NCBI GenBank assembly: GCA_045636365.1
Contig: JAZTXG010000013.1
Location: 105,912-169,911, forward strand
Source of the DNA: Eubacteriales bacterium
Lineage (GTDB): Bacteria > Bacillota > Clostridia > Oscillospirales > QAKW01
Length of the DNA stretch: 64,000 nucleotides
Direction: 5' to 3'
Shown: one piece after another, positions 8,932-20,014 of the stretch
Position numbering within the stretch: position 1 is the stretch's first letter
Layout: each line of letters opens with the position of its first letter
Program-made: the position numbers and the translations under genes
The notes under the pieces: generated by a model
Seen by the model: the letters and a program-made list of their open reading frames with translations, nothing else
Told to the model about the DNA's origin: nothing
The model's database searches: none

Positions 8932-8945
8932 AGCAGAATCCTTCC

Positions 8946-9245
8946 TTACTTTTCTTCTTTGTTCACAACGATGGAACGAAGAATGCCGTCAGTAATGCCG
9001 TAAATTCTTTCGAGCTCGGCAGGGAAAGTAACGGGTGCAGCAAAGTTGATCAGCACGTAGTGACCTTCGTTGACGAAATCGATCGGGTAGGCAAGCTTTT
9101 TGACGCCCCAGTCTTCAACAGATTCGATGGTACCGTTCTTCTCGATCAAACCTTTAAATTTTTCGACGAGAGCGGTAAAATCCTCCTCTGTTAAATTCGG
9201 CCGGGTGATGAAAATAGTTTCATACTTGCGATTTCCTTCAGCCAT
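8946..9245 (-). CDS. rpsF: 30S ribosomal protein S6
   Basis: RKYETIFITRPNLTEEDF ... WGVKKLAYPI matches S6. The start is set at ATG 9245 (AAGGAGG 8 nt upstream) rather than GTG 9254. Confidence 0.93.
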   Translation of the reverse strand: MAEGNRKYETIFITRPNLTEEDFTALVEKFKGLIEKNGTIESVEDWGVKKLAYPIDFVNEGHYVLINFAAPVTFPAELERIYGITDGILRSIVVNKEEK

Positions 9246-9301
9246 GATTAACACCTCCTTATGGACTTTTGGCTCATCGGATGATGAGCAAGGACCTATT
9301 A

Positions 9302-9329
9302 ATTATACTATAATTTAAAATATTGTCAA
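9302..9329 (-). promoter_or_regulatory. Sigma-A promoter of the rpsF-ssb-rpsR operon
   Basis: On the minus strand: TTGACA, 16 nt, TATAAT. Confidence 0.5.
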
Positions 9330-9409
9330 GTATTTTTTAAATCAATCTTTCTTTTTCGGGAAAATGTGGTATAATATTTTTGATTTTATGTAAAGGAGTG
9401 TGATCTCTG

Positions 9410-11377
9410 ATGGCGCATTTTCAATTGGTTTCTAAATTTCAACCCACCGGGGATCAGCCCCAAGCGATCGACCTTTTGAGCAATGGGATTTTAGAAGGGA
9501 AGAAAGAGCAAGTTTTATTGGGTGTTACCGGTTCGGGTAAGACCTTTACAATGGCGAATGTAATTGCTAATGTAAATAAACCAACATTGGTTCTTGCTCA
9601 TAATAAAACCCTTGCTGCGCAGCTCTGCTCGGAATTGAAAGAATTTTTCCCTAATAACGCGGTGGAATATTTTGTTTCCTACTACGATTATTTTCAGCCT
9701 GAGGCATACATTCCGTCGTCGGACACTTATATTGAAAAAGACAGTTCTATTAACGATGAGATTGATAAACTGCGCCACAGCGCAACCTTTTCTTTGCTGG
9801 AACGGAAAGATACCATTGTTGTTTCGTCTGTGTCGTGTATTTACGGATTGGGCGATCCGGAAGAGTATCAGAATTTGGTTTTGTCATTGCGTCCAGGAAT
9901 GATCAAAGATCGCGACGAGGTGATTGAGCATCTGGTGAAGGTGCAATATGAGCGAAATGATTTTGATTTTTCGAGAAATAAGTTTCGCGTGCGCGGCGAT
10001 GTTTTGGAGATTTTTCCGCCGGCATATACCGATACAGTAGTTCGCATTGACTTTTTTGGCGATGAGATTGAGCGAATTTCCGAAATCGATCATCTGACAG
10101 GAGAGTTGAAAAAGGTTTTGACTCATGTCGCGATCTATCCGGCTTCCCACTATGTCATTGGCGAGGAAAAGCGTGAAAAAGCCCTTAAAGAGATTGAGCG
10201 CGAGCTGGAAGAGCGAATCAAATATTTCAACGATGAAGGAAAGTTTATCGAAGCGCAACGGATTGAACAGCGGACAAGATATGATTTAGAGATGTTGCGA
10301 GAAATTGGATTTTGCAATGGGATTGAAAACTATTCCCGAATATTAAGCGGGCGTAAAGCCGGCAGTCCTCCGGCAACATTACTGGATTTCTTTGGCGATG
10401 ATTTCCTTTTGATTGTCGATGAATCGCATGTCACTTTGCCGCAGGTACGCGGAATGTATGGGGGAGACCGCTCTCGTAAAGAGATGCTGGTGGAATATGG
10501 ATTTCGTCTTCCCTCGGCCTTTGATAACCGCCCATTAAATTTCGACGAGTTCACCGAGCGGTTGGATAAAATAATCTATGTCAGTGCGACACCCGCAGCA
10601 TACGAATTGGAACGAGCAGAGCAGGTCGCCGAGCAAATTATTCGCCCCACCGGCTTGCTGGACCCTGAAATTTCGGTTCGTCCCACCGAAGGACAACTGG
10701 ATGACCTTCTTATTGAGATTCGAAACGGCGTTGAAAAAGGCGCAAGAACGTTGATAACGACCCTTACCAAGCGTATGGCAGAAGATTTGACCGAATATTT
10801 AGAGGGCGAAGGTGTAAAGGTTAAATACTTGCACCACGATGTTAAGACAGTGGAGCGGATGGAGATCGTTCGTGAGCTTCGACTGGGTGTTTTCGATGTT
10901 CTTGTGGGCATTAATTTGCTTCGTGAAGGCTTGGATATTCCGGAGGTTTCGTTGGTTGCCATCCTTGATGCGGATAAGGAAGGATTTCTTCGTAGCGAAT
11001 CAGCGCTGATTCAGACAATAGGGCGCGCCGCGCGTAACGCGGATGGTCGCGTGATTCTTTATGCCGATCAGGTGACCCCCTCGATGGAGAGAGCGATTAT
11101 TGAGACCAATCGCCGCAGAGAAATTCAATGTCGGTATAATGAGGAGCATGGAATTGTTCCTAAAACGATTCAAAAAGAGGTTCGCGAAGTTTTGGATATC
11201 GGTGCGCTTCCGACCACACCGGAACGTAGAAAGATTAGACTTTCGCAGAATGAAAAGCAGTCGATGATTCAAGATTTAGAAAAGCAGATGAAAGAGGCGG
11301 CGCGGCTCTTGGAATTTGAATATGCCGCGATGCTGCGTGATAAAATCGCAACACTCAAAGGAGAAAAGGATGACTAA
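9410..11377 (+). CDS. uvrB: Excinuclease ABC subunit B
   Basis: 655 aa with [12 protein letters not shown] Walker A, DESH helicase motifs and a C-terminal UVR domain ([13 protein letters not shown]). Confidence 0.97.
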   Translation: MAHFQLVSKFQPTGDQPQAIDLLSNGILEGKKEQVLLGVTGSGKTFTMANVIANVNKPTLVLAHNKTLAAQLCSELKEFFPNNAVEYFVSYYDYFQPEAYIPSSDTYIEKDSSINDEIDKLRHSATFSLLERKDTIVVSSVSCIYGLGDPEEYQNLVLSLRPGMIKDRDEVIEHLVKVQYERNDFDFSRNKFRVRGDVLEIFPPAYTDTVVRIDFFGDEIERISEIDHLTGELKKVLTHVAIYPASHYVIGEEKREKALKEIERELEERIKYFNDEGKFIEAQRIEQRTRYDLEMLREIGFCNGIENYSRILSGRKAGSPPATLLDFFGDDFLLIVDESHVTLPQVRGMYGGDRSRKEMLVEYGFRLPSAFDNRPLNFDEFTERLDKIIYVSATPAAYELERAEQVAEQIIRPTGLLDPEISVRPTEGQLDDLLIEIRNGVEKGARTLITTLTKRMAEDLTEYLEGEGVKVKYLHHDVKTVERMEIVRELRLGVFDVLVGINLLREGLDIPEVSLVAILDADKEGFLRSESALIQTIGRAARNADGRVILYADQVTPSMERAIIETNRRREIQCRYNEEHGIVPKTIQKEVREVLDIGALPTTPERRKIRLSQNEKQSMIQDLEKQMKEAARLLEFEYAAMLRDKIATLKGEKDD

Positions 11378-14192
11378 AGAGTTTATCTCAATTAAAGGTG
11401 CCAAAGAAAACAATCTTAAGAATATTGACCTTAAGATTCCAAGAGATAAATTGATTGTTTTTACCGGACTTTCGGGCTCCGGTAAAACTTCGTTGGCATT
11501 TGATACGATTTATGCCGAAGGGCGTCGACGCTATGTTGAAAGCCTTTCTTCGTATGCGCGTATGTTTTTGGGGCAGATGAATAAACCGGATGTGGATAAT
11601 ATTTCGGGGCTTTCGCCGGCAATTTCCATTGATCAGAAGACAACCTCTAAAAATCCGCGGTCAACGGTTGGTACAGTAACGGAGATTTATGATTATCTTC
11701 GGCTTCTCTATGCGCGAATCGGCATACCTCATTGCCCGATTTGCGGCAGAGAGATTACGCAACAAACGATTGACCAGATTGTCGATACAGTTTGTGAGTT
11801 TCCTGAGAGAACCAAACTGACTGTTCTTGCGCCGGTGGTGCGTGCGCGAAAAGGGGAACATCAAAAACTGCTTGAGGATGCAAAAAAGAGCGGCTTTGTT
11901 CGCGTTCGTGTGGATGGCAATCTCTATGACCTTTCCGAGGAAATCAAGCTGAAAAAAAATAACAAACACACAATAGAACTTGTTGTCGATCGCTTGATTA
12001 TGAAAGAGGGTATTCGACAAAGGTTGACCGATTCTATTGAAACCGCGTTGCATCAGGCACACGGCTTGGTGATTATTGCGCCCGAAGGGGAAGAAGAAAT
12101 CTTATTTTCTCAGGATTTCACCTGCCCAGAGCATGGTTTTTCTATGGAAGAACTTTCTCCAAGAATGTTTTCTTTCAATAGTCCCTTTGGCGCTTGCCCT
12201 GAATGTGATGGTTTGGGCTTTTTGATGAAGGTTGATCCTGAATTGGTCGTTCCAAATCCGCATCTTTCCCTTAATGAAGGCGCCATTCGGGCAAGCGGGT
12301 GGTATCTCTCGGCAACAGATAATATTGCTAAAATGTATTTCCGCGCATTGGCAGAAAAATATCATTTTTCTTTGGACACACCATTTGCTGAATTGACAAA
12401 AGAACAACAAAATATCATACTATTTGGAAATAATGGCGAAAAGCTGGATATGAAGAGAAATTCTTCGTTTGGTTCGGTTGCTTATAATAGCTCCTTTGAA
12501 GGCGTAGTTCCCAATTTGGAACGGCGTTTCAAGGAAACAAACAGCGATTTTATTCGCCGCGAAATTGAGATGGTTATGAGCGATTGTTCTTGTCCTTCTT
12601 GCCGCGGCAAACGCTTAAAAAATGAGATTCTTTGCGTAACTGTCGGCGAAAAGAACATTGCCGAAGTTACCGATCTTTCGGTATGCTCTGCGATCGATTT
12701 TTTTGAAAACATTGAACTTTCAGAAAAGCAAAAGTTGATCGCCCAGCGTGTTCTGAAGGAAATCATCGAGCGTCTTTCGTTTTTGAACAGCGTCGGTTTG
12801 GAATATCTGACTCTATCCAGAAGCGCAGGAACCTTATCGGGCGGCGAAAGTCAACGAATTCGCTTGGCAACGCAGATTGGTTCTTCGTTAATGGGTGTTT
12901 TATATATCCTTGATGAACCATCGATCGGCTTGCATCAGCGGGATAATGATAAGTTGATTGCAACCTTGCAACGGTTAAAAGATTTGGGAAATACTTTAAT
13001 TGTTGTTGAGCATGATGAAGATACGATGCGGGCTGCCGATCATATCGTTGATATCGGGCCGGGCGCCGGAATTCACGGTGGCGAAGTTATCTTTAACGGC
13101 ACACCGGAAGAACTTCTGAAATGCGAAGAATCCATCACCGGTCAATATTTAAGCGGTAAAAAGAAAATCCTTGTCCCCGAAAAACGGCGGGAAGGAAACG
13201 GAAAATTCCTTGAAATTTACGGCGCTGCGGAGAATAATTTAAAGGATATTGATGTTCAAATTCCTCTGGGAACATTCACTTGTGTAACAGGTGTTTCGGG
13301 TTCGGGTAAATCTTCTTTGGTAAATTCTGTAATTTATAAGTCGTTGGCCCACGAACTCAATGGTGCAAAAACTTTCCCGGGTAAAGTACAAAGAATCGAT
13401 GGTATGATGCACTTAGATAAGGTGATTGATATTGATCAATCTCCGATTGGGCGCACTCCTCGTTCGAACCCGGCCACATATACGTCGTTGTTTACAGATA
13501 TTAGAGATTTGTTTGCGTCGACAAACGGAGCCAAAGCGCGTGGATATGGTCCCGGGCGTTTTTCGTTTAACGTACGTGGCGGCCGTTGCGAAGCTTGCCA
13601 AGGCGATGGCATTATTAAGATTGAAATGCACTTTCTGCCCGATGTTTATATTCCGTGTGAGGTTTGCAAGGGGAAGAGATATAATCGCGAAACTTTGGAA
13701 GTTAAGTATAAGGACCGCTCCATTTCTGATGTTTTGGAAATGACTGTTGAAGAAGGTTTATCCTTCTTTGAAAATCATCCCAAAATCAGACGGAAACTGC
13801 AAACATTATACGATGTTGGGCTATCGTATATTAAAATCGGACAACCTTCTACAACGCTTTCCGGCGGTGAAGCTCAACGTGTGAAATTGGCGACAGAGCT
13901 TGCCAAACGCTCAACGGGTCAAACCATTTATATTTTGGATGAACCGACAACCGGCCTCCACACAGCGGATGTACAAATGCTGATATCGGTTTTGCAACGA
14001 TTGGTGGATGCAGGGAACACGGTGGTAGTTATTGAGCATAATCTGGATATGATCAAGACAGCGGATTATATTATTGATCTTGGTCCGGAAGGCGGTGACC
14101 GCGGCGGTACGGTGGTTGCCACCGGCACCCCGGAACAAATTGCAACCGTTAAAGAAAGCTATACCGGAGTGTATCTCGAAAAAATACTGTAA
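11370..14192 (+). CDS. uvrA: Excinuclease ABC subunit A
   Basis: Two ABC ATPase modules ([25 protein letters not shown]; [16 protein letters not shown]) and zinc-finger Cys pairs. The start is set at ATG 11370 (GGAGAAAAGG upstream), overlapping the uvrB stop by 8 nt. Confidence 0.97.
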   Translation: MTKEFISIKGAKENNLKNIDLKIPRDKLIVFTGLSGSGKTSLAFDTIYAEGRRRYVESLSSYARMFLGQMNKPDVDNISGLSPAISIDQKTTSKNPRSTVGTVTEIYDYLRLLYARIGIPHCPICGREITQQTIDQIVDTVCEFPERTKLTVLAPVVRARKGEHQKLLEDAKKSGFVRVRVDGNLYDLSEEIKLKKNNKHTIELVVDRLIMKEGIRQRLTDSIETALHQAHGLVIIAPEGEEEILFSQDFTCPEHGFSMEELSPRMFSFNSPFGACPECDGLGFLMKVDPELVVPNPHLSLNEGAIRASGWYLSATDNIAKMYFRALAEKYHFSLDTPFAELTKEQQNIILFGNNGEKLDMKRNSSFGSVAYNSSFEGVVPNLERRFKETNSDFIRREIEMVMSDCSCPSCRGKRLKNEILCVTVGEKNIAEVTDLSVCSAIDFFENIELSEKQKLIAQRVLKEIIERLSFLNSVGLEYLTLSRSAGTLSGGESQRIRLATQIGSSLMGVLYILDEPSIGLHQRDNDKLIATLQRLKDLGNTLIVVEHDEDTMRAADHIVDIGPGAGIHGGEVIFNGTPEELLKCEESITGQYLSGKKKILVPEKRREGNGKFLEIYGAAENNLKDIDVQIPLGTFTCVTGVSGSGKSSLVNSVIYKSLAHELNGAKTFPGKVQRIDGMMHLDKVIDIDQSPIGRTPRSNPATYTSLFTDIRDLFASTNGAKARGYGPGRFSFNVRGGRCEACQGDGIIKIEMHFLPDVYIPCEVCKGKRYNRETLEVKYKDRSISDVLEMTVEEGLSFFENHPKIRRKLQTLYDVGLSYIKIGQPSTTLSGGEAQRVKLATELAKRSTGQTIYILDEPTTGLHTADVQMLISVLQRLVDAGNTVVVIEHNLDMIKTADYIIDLGPEGGDRGGTVVATGTPEQIATVKESYTGVYLEKIL

Positions 14193-14211
14193 AGCAAAAA
14201 TACTTTTCATC

Positions 14212-14249
14212 AAAAAGGTGGCATCTTATGCAAGATGCCGCCTTTTTTG
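14212..14249 (+). terminator. Rho-independent terminator after uvrA
   Basis: Stem ggtggcatctt/aagatgccgcc (one G-U pair) followed by tttttt. Confidence 0.55.
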
Positions 14250-14299
14250 GTCTAATTTTTGAGAATTCAGAATATAAAATCATAAAGGAGGTTTGGCTG

Positions 14300-14740
14300 A
14301 TGGCATATTCTGATCGAGAATTACTTGCGCGCTTAATTCAATGTGAGGCCGGCGGCGAAGGAGATATTGGTATGAAAGCGGTTGCCAGTGTTATTATGAA
14401 TCGCGTGAGAGTCCCGGTGGGGGAATATGCGCGTGTTGGGCAGGGAGATATCCGAAAGATCATTCTGCAACCGGGACAATTTGCTTGTGCAAGCGAGACG
14501 GAAAATGGGCGCTATAATCCACAGAATATTTACAATATGAATCCGACCGGAGAGCATTTTGCCATTGCGGATTGGGCAATAGCGGGAAATCGCTTGCCGG
14601 GTTTGGGGGAAGCTTTATGGTTTTATAATCCTTTTTCGCAAAACTGTAGGCAGACGTTTCCCTCCGACGTTGGATACTACATTGGAAAATATCAAGCGCA
14701 TTGTTTTTATAATCCGACAGATCTTTATGAATTTACTTGA
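14300..14740 (+). CDS. cwlJ: Spore cortex-lytic cell-wall hydrolase, SleB/CwlJ family (CwlJ-like, catalytic domain only)
   Basis: LLARLIQCEAGGEGDIGMKAVASVIMNRV and the C-terminal HCFYNPT match CwlJ/SleB Hydrolase_2 motifs. The start is set at ATG 14300 (AAGGAGG upstream), because the longer ORF would run through the uvrA terminator. Confidence 0.8.
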   Translation: MAYSDRELLARLIQCEAGGEGDIGMKAVASVIMNRVRVPVGEYARVGQGDIRKIILQPGQFACASETENGRYNPQNIYNMNPTGEHFAIADWAIAGNRLPGLGEALWFYNPFSQNCRQTFPSDVGYYIGKYQAHCFYNPTDLYEFT

Positions 14741-14755
14741 ATCAAGGGGAATCTT

Positions 14756-15082
14756 ATGGCTGAATTGAATAGCAATCCAAATTTTAATCGTATACCAGGC
14801 GATATGAGTCAAGAAAACGAGCAAGTACCAACATATCCGGGATCATGGCAGCAAGTTCTTCGGAATAATGAGGGGCAATATTGTGTCATTGATTTTTTGA
14901 TCGGAACTGAAAATTTGGTTCAAAGAGAAGGCATATTATATGATGTCGGCGTCAGTTTTATTGTTTTGTTTGAGCCGCGAACGGGAAATTATATTGTTTG
15001 TGATTTATATTCCATCAAATTTGTGACCTTTGCAAGATCGGGCGTTGTTCCGACCGGAAAGAGTGGGAAACGAAGAGTTTAG
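14756..15082 (+). CDS. gerQ: GerQ-like spore coat protein
   Basis: The C-terminal two-thirds (LRNNEGQYCVIDFL...GILYDVGVSFIVLFEPRTGNYIVCDLYSIKFVTF) follows the GerQ/YwdL pattern (LRLN-G-K...G-V-EA-G-D-hhh-DP-TG-RYLL...DYITF). It sits directly after the cwlJ-like gene. Confidence 0.6.
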   Translation: MAELNSNPNFNRIPGDMSQENEQVPTYPGSWQQVLRNNEGQYCVIDFLIGTENLVQREGILYDVGVSFIVLFEPRTGNYIVCDLYSIKFVTFARSGVVPTGKSGKRRV

Positions 15083-15085
15083 GAA

Positions 15086-15118
15086 AAAAGAGCGTTGCGA
15101 TGGCAACGCTCTTTTATT
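15086..15118 (+). terminator. Rho-independent terminator after the gerQ-like gene
   Basis: 13-bp stem aaaagagcgttgc/gcaacgctctttt with loop gatg. Confidence 0.6.
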
Positions 15119-15125
15119 AATTGTA

Positions 15126-15153
15126 TTGACAAATTTAATATTTGTGTTATTAT
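15126..15153 (+). promoter_or_regulatory. Sigma-A promoter of the yicC-remA-gmk-rpoZ-priA... operon
   Basis: TTGACA, 16 nt, TATTAT, with a TGn extended -10. Confidence 0.5.
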
Positions 15154-15184
15154 TATATAATAAAATAATAGTGAGGTATTATAT

Positions 15185-16069
15185 ATGTCAGTAAAAAGTA
15201 TGACCGGTTTTGGCAGAGGGGTTGGCTCCTTTGGTGGGCTGGATTTCACCATTGATATAAAATCGGTCAATCATCGTTTTTTTGATTTTTCTGCGCGAAT
15301 TTATAAGGATTATGCATTCTTGGAAGAGCCGATTAAAAAGCGGATTGCTTCTGCGGTTTCTCGCGGTAAGATCGATGTTTATTTTCATACCGAAAAGAGT
15401 AATGCATCGGTAGAGCTTGTCGCTAATGTTGATCAAAATTTAGTTCGGGTCTATTTGGATGCCGCGAAACAATTAGAAGAAACATATGGCGTTCGCAACG
15501 ATCTTGCTGCCGCTCGCATACTTACCTTGCCTGATGTTCTTGCGATTTCTCCGCCGGAGATTTCCGATGAAGAAATTCAGAAATGTGTTTTGAGTGCGTT
15601 GGATATGGCGCTGGAATCTTTTGTCGCTATGAAAGAAACGGAAGGCCAAAAGCTAAAGAATGATTTGATGGAGAATCTTTCTTTTATCGAAGCATCTGTT
15701 GCAAAAGTAGAGACTTTGGCGCCCGAATCCATTCAAGCATATAAAAAGAGGCTTGAGGATAAGATCAGAGAAACCCTTTCGGATCGCAATATTGATGAGG
15801 CAAGAGTTTTGACAGAGGTTGCGATTTTTGCCGATAAGATCGCTGTCGACGAAGAAACGGTTCGGTTGAGAAGTCATTTAGAGCAGTTCAGATCATTGCT
15901 GAATCAAGGCGGGCCCATTGGTAAAAAGCTTGATTTTCTGGTGCAAGAAATGAATCGCGAAATCAATACCATTGGTTCGAAATGCAATTGTATTGACATA
16001 ACCAGAATCGTTGTCGATGTCAAATCGTGCATCGAAAAGATACGAGAACAAATTCAGAATGTGGAATAA
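15185..16069 (+). CDS. yicC: YicC/YloC family endoribonuclease (stress-induced protein)
   Basis: N-terminus SMTGFGRG and C-terminal [12 protein letters not shown], 294 aa. Confidence 0.9.
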   Translation: MSVKSMTGFGRGVGSFGGLDFTIDIKSVNHRFFDFSARIYKDYAFLEEPIKKRIASAVSRGKIDVYFHTEKSNASVELVANVDQNLVRVYLDAAKQLEETYGVRNDLAAARILTLPDVLAISPPEISDEEIQKCVLSALDMALESFVAMKETEGQKLKNDLMENLSFIEASVAKVETLAPESIQAYKKRLEDKIRETLSDRNIDEARVLTEVAIFADKIAVDEETVRLRSHLEQFRSLLNQGGPIGKKLDFLVQEMNREINTIGSKCNCIDITRIVVDVKSCIEKIREQIQNVE

Positions 16070-16083
16070 TCAAGGAGTCTTCT

Positions 16084-16350
16084 ATGAAATTAATCAATAT
16101 CGGGTTCGGTAATATGATCAATTCATCGCGCATTATCGCGATTGTCAGCCCCGACAGTGCTCCGATCAAGCGTGTGGTCACCGAAGCAAAAGATCGAAGT
16201 GTTTTGGTTGATGCCACTTATGGGCGGCGCACCCGCGCGGTTATTATCACAGATAGTGAACACGTTATTTTATCTCCTTTGCAACCGGAAACGGTTGCCA
16301 ATCGGTTGAACGATAGCTACGATGAGGAAGGGGATGAAGGCGATGAGTAA
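16084..16350 (+). CDS. remA: RemA/YlzA (DUF370) extracellular-matrix regulatory protein
   Basis: [30 protein letters not shown]...[21 protein letters not shown] is the canonical DUF370 sequence. It occupies the conserved position between yicC and gmk. Confidence 0.85.
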   Translation: MKLINIGFGNMINSSRIIAIVSPDSAPIKRVVTEAKDRSVLVDATYGRRTRAVIITDSEHVILSPLQPETVANRLNDSYDEEGDEGDE

Positions 16351-16894
16351 AGGTAAATTGATTATCATCTCCGGTCCCAGCGGAGCCGGAAAGGGAACCG
16401 TTTTGGCCGAAGTCTTGCGCCGAAATCCGCGATTAAAGCTTTCGGTATCTGCAACCACGCGCAAACCTCGCCCCGGTGAGGAGCATGGGGTGCATTACTT
16501 TTTCATATCCCATAAAGACTTTGAAGATAAATTAGATCGCAACGAGATGCTGGAACACGCGGTCTATTGCGATAATTATTATGGGACACCGGCTGATTAT
16601 GTCGAACAACAACGTATGGCCGGCAACGACATTGTCTTGGAAATTGAACCGTGCGGAGCGCGTCAAGTCAAAAAGAAGTGCCCCGATGCGGTGATGATTT
16701 TTATTTTACCGCCCAATATCGAAGTTCTGGAGTCGCGGTTACGCGGGCGGGGAACCGAGGTCGAAGATGTTGTGCTTGCGCGCATTGAGCAAGCCAAAAA
16801 GGAAATTGCTAATTCCGGCGACTATGAGTATACGATCGTAAACGATATTGTAGAAAAAGCTGCCGATGAAATTGAAAAAATTTTAAACAAATAA
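16343..16894 (+). CDS. gmk: Guanylate kinase
   Basis: [15 protein letters not shown]-loop plus a TTR...GE..G..Y.F pattern. The start is set at the ATG that gives MSKGKL. Confidence 0.93.
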   Translation: MSKGKLIIISGPSGAGKGTVLAEVLRRNPRLKLSVSATTRKPRPGEEHGVHYFFISHKDFEDKLDRNEMLEHAVYCDNYYGTPADYVEQQRMAGNDIVLEIEPCGARQVKKKCPDAVMIFILPPNIEVLESRLRGRGTEVEDVVLARIEQAKKEIANSGDYEYTIVNDIVEKAADEIEKILNK

Positions 16895-16909
16895 AGGAGA
16901 AATGTAAAA

Positions 16910-17113
16910 ATGTTGTATCCCGCAGTAGGTGAATTGGAAAAGGCGACAGAGAGCCGCTATGCTTTGGTGATCATGACCGCGAAAAGAGCACGTCAGATTT
17001 CCGAGGAAGCAGAAGCAAACGAAGTTGAATTAAACGATAAGCCGGTAAAATTGGCGATCAACGACATTGCAAACGGCAAAGTCGTTATCAAAGAAAACAC
17101 CATCGAGGAATAA
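16910..17113 (+). CDS. rpoZ: DNA-directed RNA polymerase omega subunit
   Basis: 67 aa containing SRYALVIMTAKRARQI, in the conserved position after gmk. Confidence 0.9.
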   Translation: MLYPAVGELEKATESRYALVIMTAKRARQISEEAEANEVELNDKPVKLAINDIANGKVVIKENTIEE

Positions 17114-17114
17114 T

Positions 17115-19538
17115 ATGCCGTTAGTATGTCGGGTGGCAATGGATCAGATTGTTCAAAAGATCGACAGAGATTATGATTATCTTCTGCCGAGTTCTTTTGC
17201 TGCAAAGGTTTTGCCCGGTATGCGAATATTGGTGCCTTTTGGGAAAGGGAATGTTCTGAAGAAAGCGATGGTTCTTTCTGTTTTTGAATCGCAGGAGTGT
17301 GGCGATTTAAAAGAGGCAGTGCATCTGCTGGATGAAGTACCAATGCTTGATGCAACCCATCTGAAACTTTCCGAATGGATGGCAGACCAATATTTTGTTA
17401 CGCGATATCAGGCGATCCGATGCATGATCCCTCATGGTTTGGATTATAAGATCAACGAGACCTTCTCGTTGAATCCAAATTGTGAGGCTGTTCCCGGCGA
17501 ATATCGGCAGCTGGTTTCTTTTTTAAAAGAGAATAATAAACCCATCCGTAGAAGCGATCTTCCGCAGCATTTGAAGAAATTATGTTTGCCTGCATATCGT
17601 GATGGGGTTTTGATTGAAGAAATCAAATCGATTCGAAATATTGGCGATCTCAAAGAAAAAAGAATCCGTCGAGCAAGATCAGTTGAAGAAATTGAGCAAT
17701 ATTTATCGGAATTAAGTACGCGATATGAAAAGCAAAGAGATTTGCTTTCATTGTTTTTGGATGAAAGCGATCTTACTGCCAAAGAGGCGTTGTACTATTC
17801 CGGATGCGGAGTGTCTACCGTAAAAACTCTTTCGCAAAAAGGGTTGATCGAGGTATATAGCGAGACCAAACAGCGCGTTCCGTATAAAACAATTTCAAGG
17901 GAGACCCATTTCGAAGAAATAACGCTGCAAGCAGAACAAGTAAAGGCATTTGCGGAAATTTCCGAGACCTTTGATACAGAGTCGACTCATTTGCTGTTTG
18001 GAGTGACAGGGAGTGGAAAAACCCATGTATTTATGCGTTTGATGGATGCTATGCTTTCTCGGGGGAAATCTGTTTTGATGATGGTGCCGGAAATAGCGTT
18101 GACTCCTCAGATGCTGGATCGTTTTTATCGCAGATACGGCGATTGCGTTTCGGTATTGCATAGCGGCTTATCGATCGGAGAAAAAGCGGATGAGTGGAAA
18201 AAAATCCATAGTGGAAAAGCCAAAATCGTTGTGGGAACAAGAAGCGCGGTTTTTGCCCCACTGAAAAATTTCGGATTGATTATTCTCGATGAGGAACACG
18301 AATCCACGTATAAGTCCGAAACAAGCCCGCGGTTTCATGCACGCGATATCGCACGTTTTATTTCGCATTATGAAAAGATTCCTGTTTTGTTGGCATCGGC
18401 GACACCGTCGATTGAGAGCTTTTATGCCGCAGAATCCGGCAGGTATCAATTACACACGCTTTCAAAACGCTATAATAACGTCCCGCTCCCGTCGGTGGAT
18501 TTAATCGATATGAAAGAACTCGGGCATTCGGACGCTTCAAAGATATTCAGCGATGCGTTGATTGAAGCGATGAACGCAACGTTTGCCAAAAAAGAGCAGG
18601 TGATCTTGTTCTTAAATCGACGCGGAATGCATTCGGTTGTGGGCTGCTCGTCCTGCGGTAATGTTTCAAAATGTCCTTCCTGCGGCGTTGCCTTGACATA
18701 TCATAAGCAAAATCAGCGCTTGATGTGCCATTATTGCGGTTACAATATTAAACGTTTTGAGCAATGCCCCGAATGTAAAAGCGATAAGCTGAAGATGCTC
18801 GGAATGGGAACGCAGTATGTGGAAGAAGAATTAAAAGCATTGTTCCCGGATATTCGTATTCTGCGTATGGATATGGATACGGTCGATTCTTATTTATCCT
18901 ACGGCGAAAAGCTCTCGGAGTTTCGCGAAGGTAAATATGATGTTATGCTTGGAACGCAGATGGTGGCAAAGGGATTGGATTTTCCTCTGGTCACATTAGT
19001 TGGAGTGTTGCAGGCAGATATGTCGCTCTACTCGGATGATTTTCGGGCAAATGAACGAACCTTTCATTTGTTGACTCAGGTTTGTGGTCGGTCCGGGCGT
19101 AGTGAAAAACCCGGAAGAGCAATGATTCAAACTTATTGCCCCGATCATCGCGTGATTGCGTTATCCAAAGAGCAGAATTATTTAGATTTTTATTCGCAGG
19201 AACTGGCATTCAGAAAATTAGTCGGATATCCTCCATACTGTGATGTCCTGCTGATTACGGTTGAAGGTTATTCGGCCGGTGCAGTTACCGGCGGTATTAA
19301 TAAAATTTACAGGCATTTGCAATCGGCAAGCTTGGATGAATACTCGGATATTCCATTGCGATTACTTTCGCCTGTGGCACCGCGTATTCAGATGATTCGC
19401 GGAAAATACAGGATGCAAATGTTTGTCAAATGCAGAAATTCTAAAAAGTTTCGTGAATTGATTAAAGAATGCAGAACATTGGAGTTAGCCGAGAATTTAT
19501 CGGTCTCCTATAACATGAATCCTTTGCAAGTATTTTGA
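17115..19538 (+). CDS. priA: Primosomal protein N' (replication restart helicase PriA)
   Basis: [11 protein letters not shown] Walker A, a DEEH box, and the Cys4-Cys4 zinc region CSSCG...CPSCG...CHYCG...CPECKS. Confidence 0.93.
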   Translation: MPLVCRVAMDQIVQKIDRDYDYLLPSSFAAKVLPGMRILVPFGKGNVLKKAMVLSVFESQECGDLKEAVHLLDEVPMLDATHLKLSEWMADQYFVTRYQAIRCMIPHGLDYKINETFSLNPNCEAVPGEYRQLVSFLKENNKPIRRSDLPQHLKKLCLPAYRDGVLIEEIKSIRNIGDLKEKRIRRARSVEEIEQYLSELSTRYEKQRDLLSLFLDESDLTAKEALYYSGCGVSTVKTLSQKGLIEVYSETKQRVPYKTISRETHFEEITLQAEQVKAFAEISETFDTESTHLLFGVTGSGKTHVFMRLMDAMLSRGKSVLMMVPEIALTPQMLDRFYRRYGDCVSVLHSGLSIGEKADEWKKIHSGKAKIVVGTRSAVFAPLKNFGLIILDEEHESTYKSETSPRFHARDIARFISHYEKIPVLLASATPSIESFYAAESGRYQLHTLSKRYNNVPLPSVDLIDMKELGHSDASKIFSDALIEAMNATFAKKEQVILFLNRRGMHSVVGCSSCGNVSKCPSCGVALTYHKQNQRLMCHYCGYNIKRFEQCPECKSDKLKMLGMGTQYVEEELKALFPDIRILRMDMDTVDSYLSYGEKLSEFREGKYDVMLGTQMVAKGLDFPLVTLVGVLQADMSLYSDDFRANERTFHLLTQVCGRSGRSEKPGRAMIQTYCPDHRVIALSKEQNYLDFYSQELAFRKLVGYPPYCDVLLITVEGYSAGAVTGGINKIYRHLQSASLDEYSDIPLRLLSPVAPRIQMIRGKYRMQMFVKCRNSKKFRELIKECRTLELAENLSVSYNMNPLQVF

Positions 19539-19546
19539 GGTATTTT

Positions 19547-20014
19547 ATGGCATTAAGAAATTTGGTTAAAAATGATACAGAATTTTTAGGGAAGAAATCT
19601 CGGCCTGTTACGCAGTTTGATGATAAATTGGCGGTATTGGTTGAGGATATGCGCGAAACGTTGCGCAAAGAGGTAGGCGCAGGATTGGCGGCACCTCAAG
19701 TTGGAGTATTAAGAAGAATCTTTATTGCCGATATTCACGGCGACGGTTCGGAATATAAGGAGTTTATTAACCCTGAGATTATTTCGAAAACCGGTAAAAA
19801 CGATCGCTATCTTGAGGGTTGCCTTTCCTATCCCGGAAGAAGCTTTCGAATTGTACGCGCAAATAAGGTTAAGATGCGTGCTCAAAATGTTAAGGGCGAG
19901 TTTTTTGATTTTACGGCGGATGATTTTGTGGCTCGTTGCTTGCTTCATGAATATGATCATCTTGATGGAATTACAATCCCGATGATTGGGGAAGAGGTTT
20001 TTGATCATGAATAA
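19547..20014 (+). CDS. def: Peptide deformylase
   Basis: GAGLAAPQVG, EGCLSYPG and HEYDHLDG motifs. Confidence 0.93.
   Translation: MALRNLVKNDTEFLGKKSRPVTQFDDKLAVLVEDMRETLRKEVGAGLAAPQVGVLRRIFIADIHGDGSEYKEFINPEIISKTGKNDRYLEGCLSYPGRSFRIVRANKVKMRAQNVKGEFFDFTADDFVARCLLHEYDHLDGITIPMIGEEVFDHE

Noticed and set aside
9255-9409. I looked for a LexA (Cheo-type GAAC-N4-GTTC) box upstream of uvrB.
   Set aside because: No such palindrome is visible. Only an extended -10 promoter (TGgTATAAT) is apparent, so no SOS-box claim is made.
14228-14299. The N-terminal extension of the cwlJ-like ORF.
   Set aside because: This extension consists of the uvrA terminator hairpin. ATG 14300 has a perfect SD and matches the CwlJ N-terminus.
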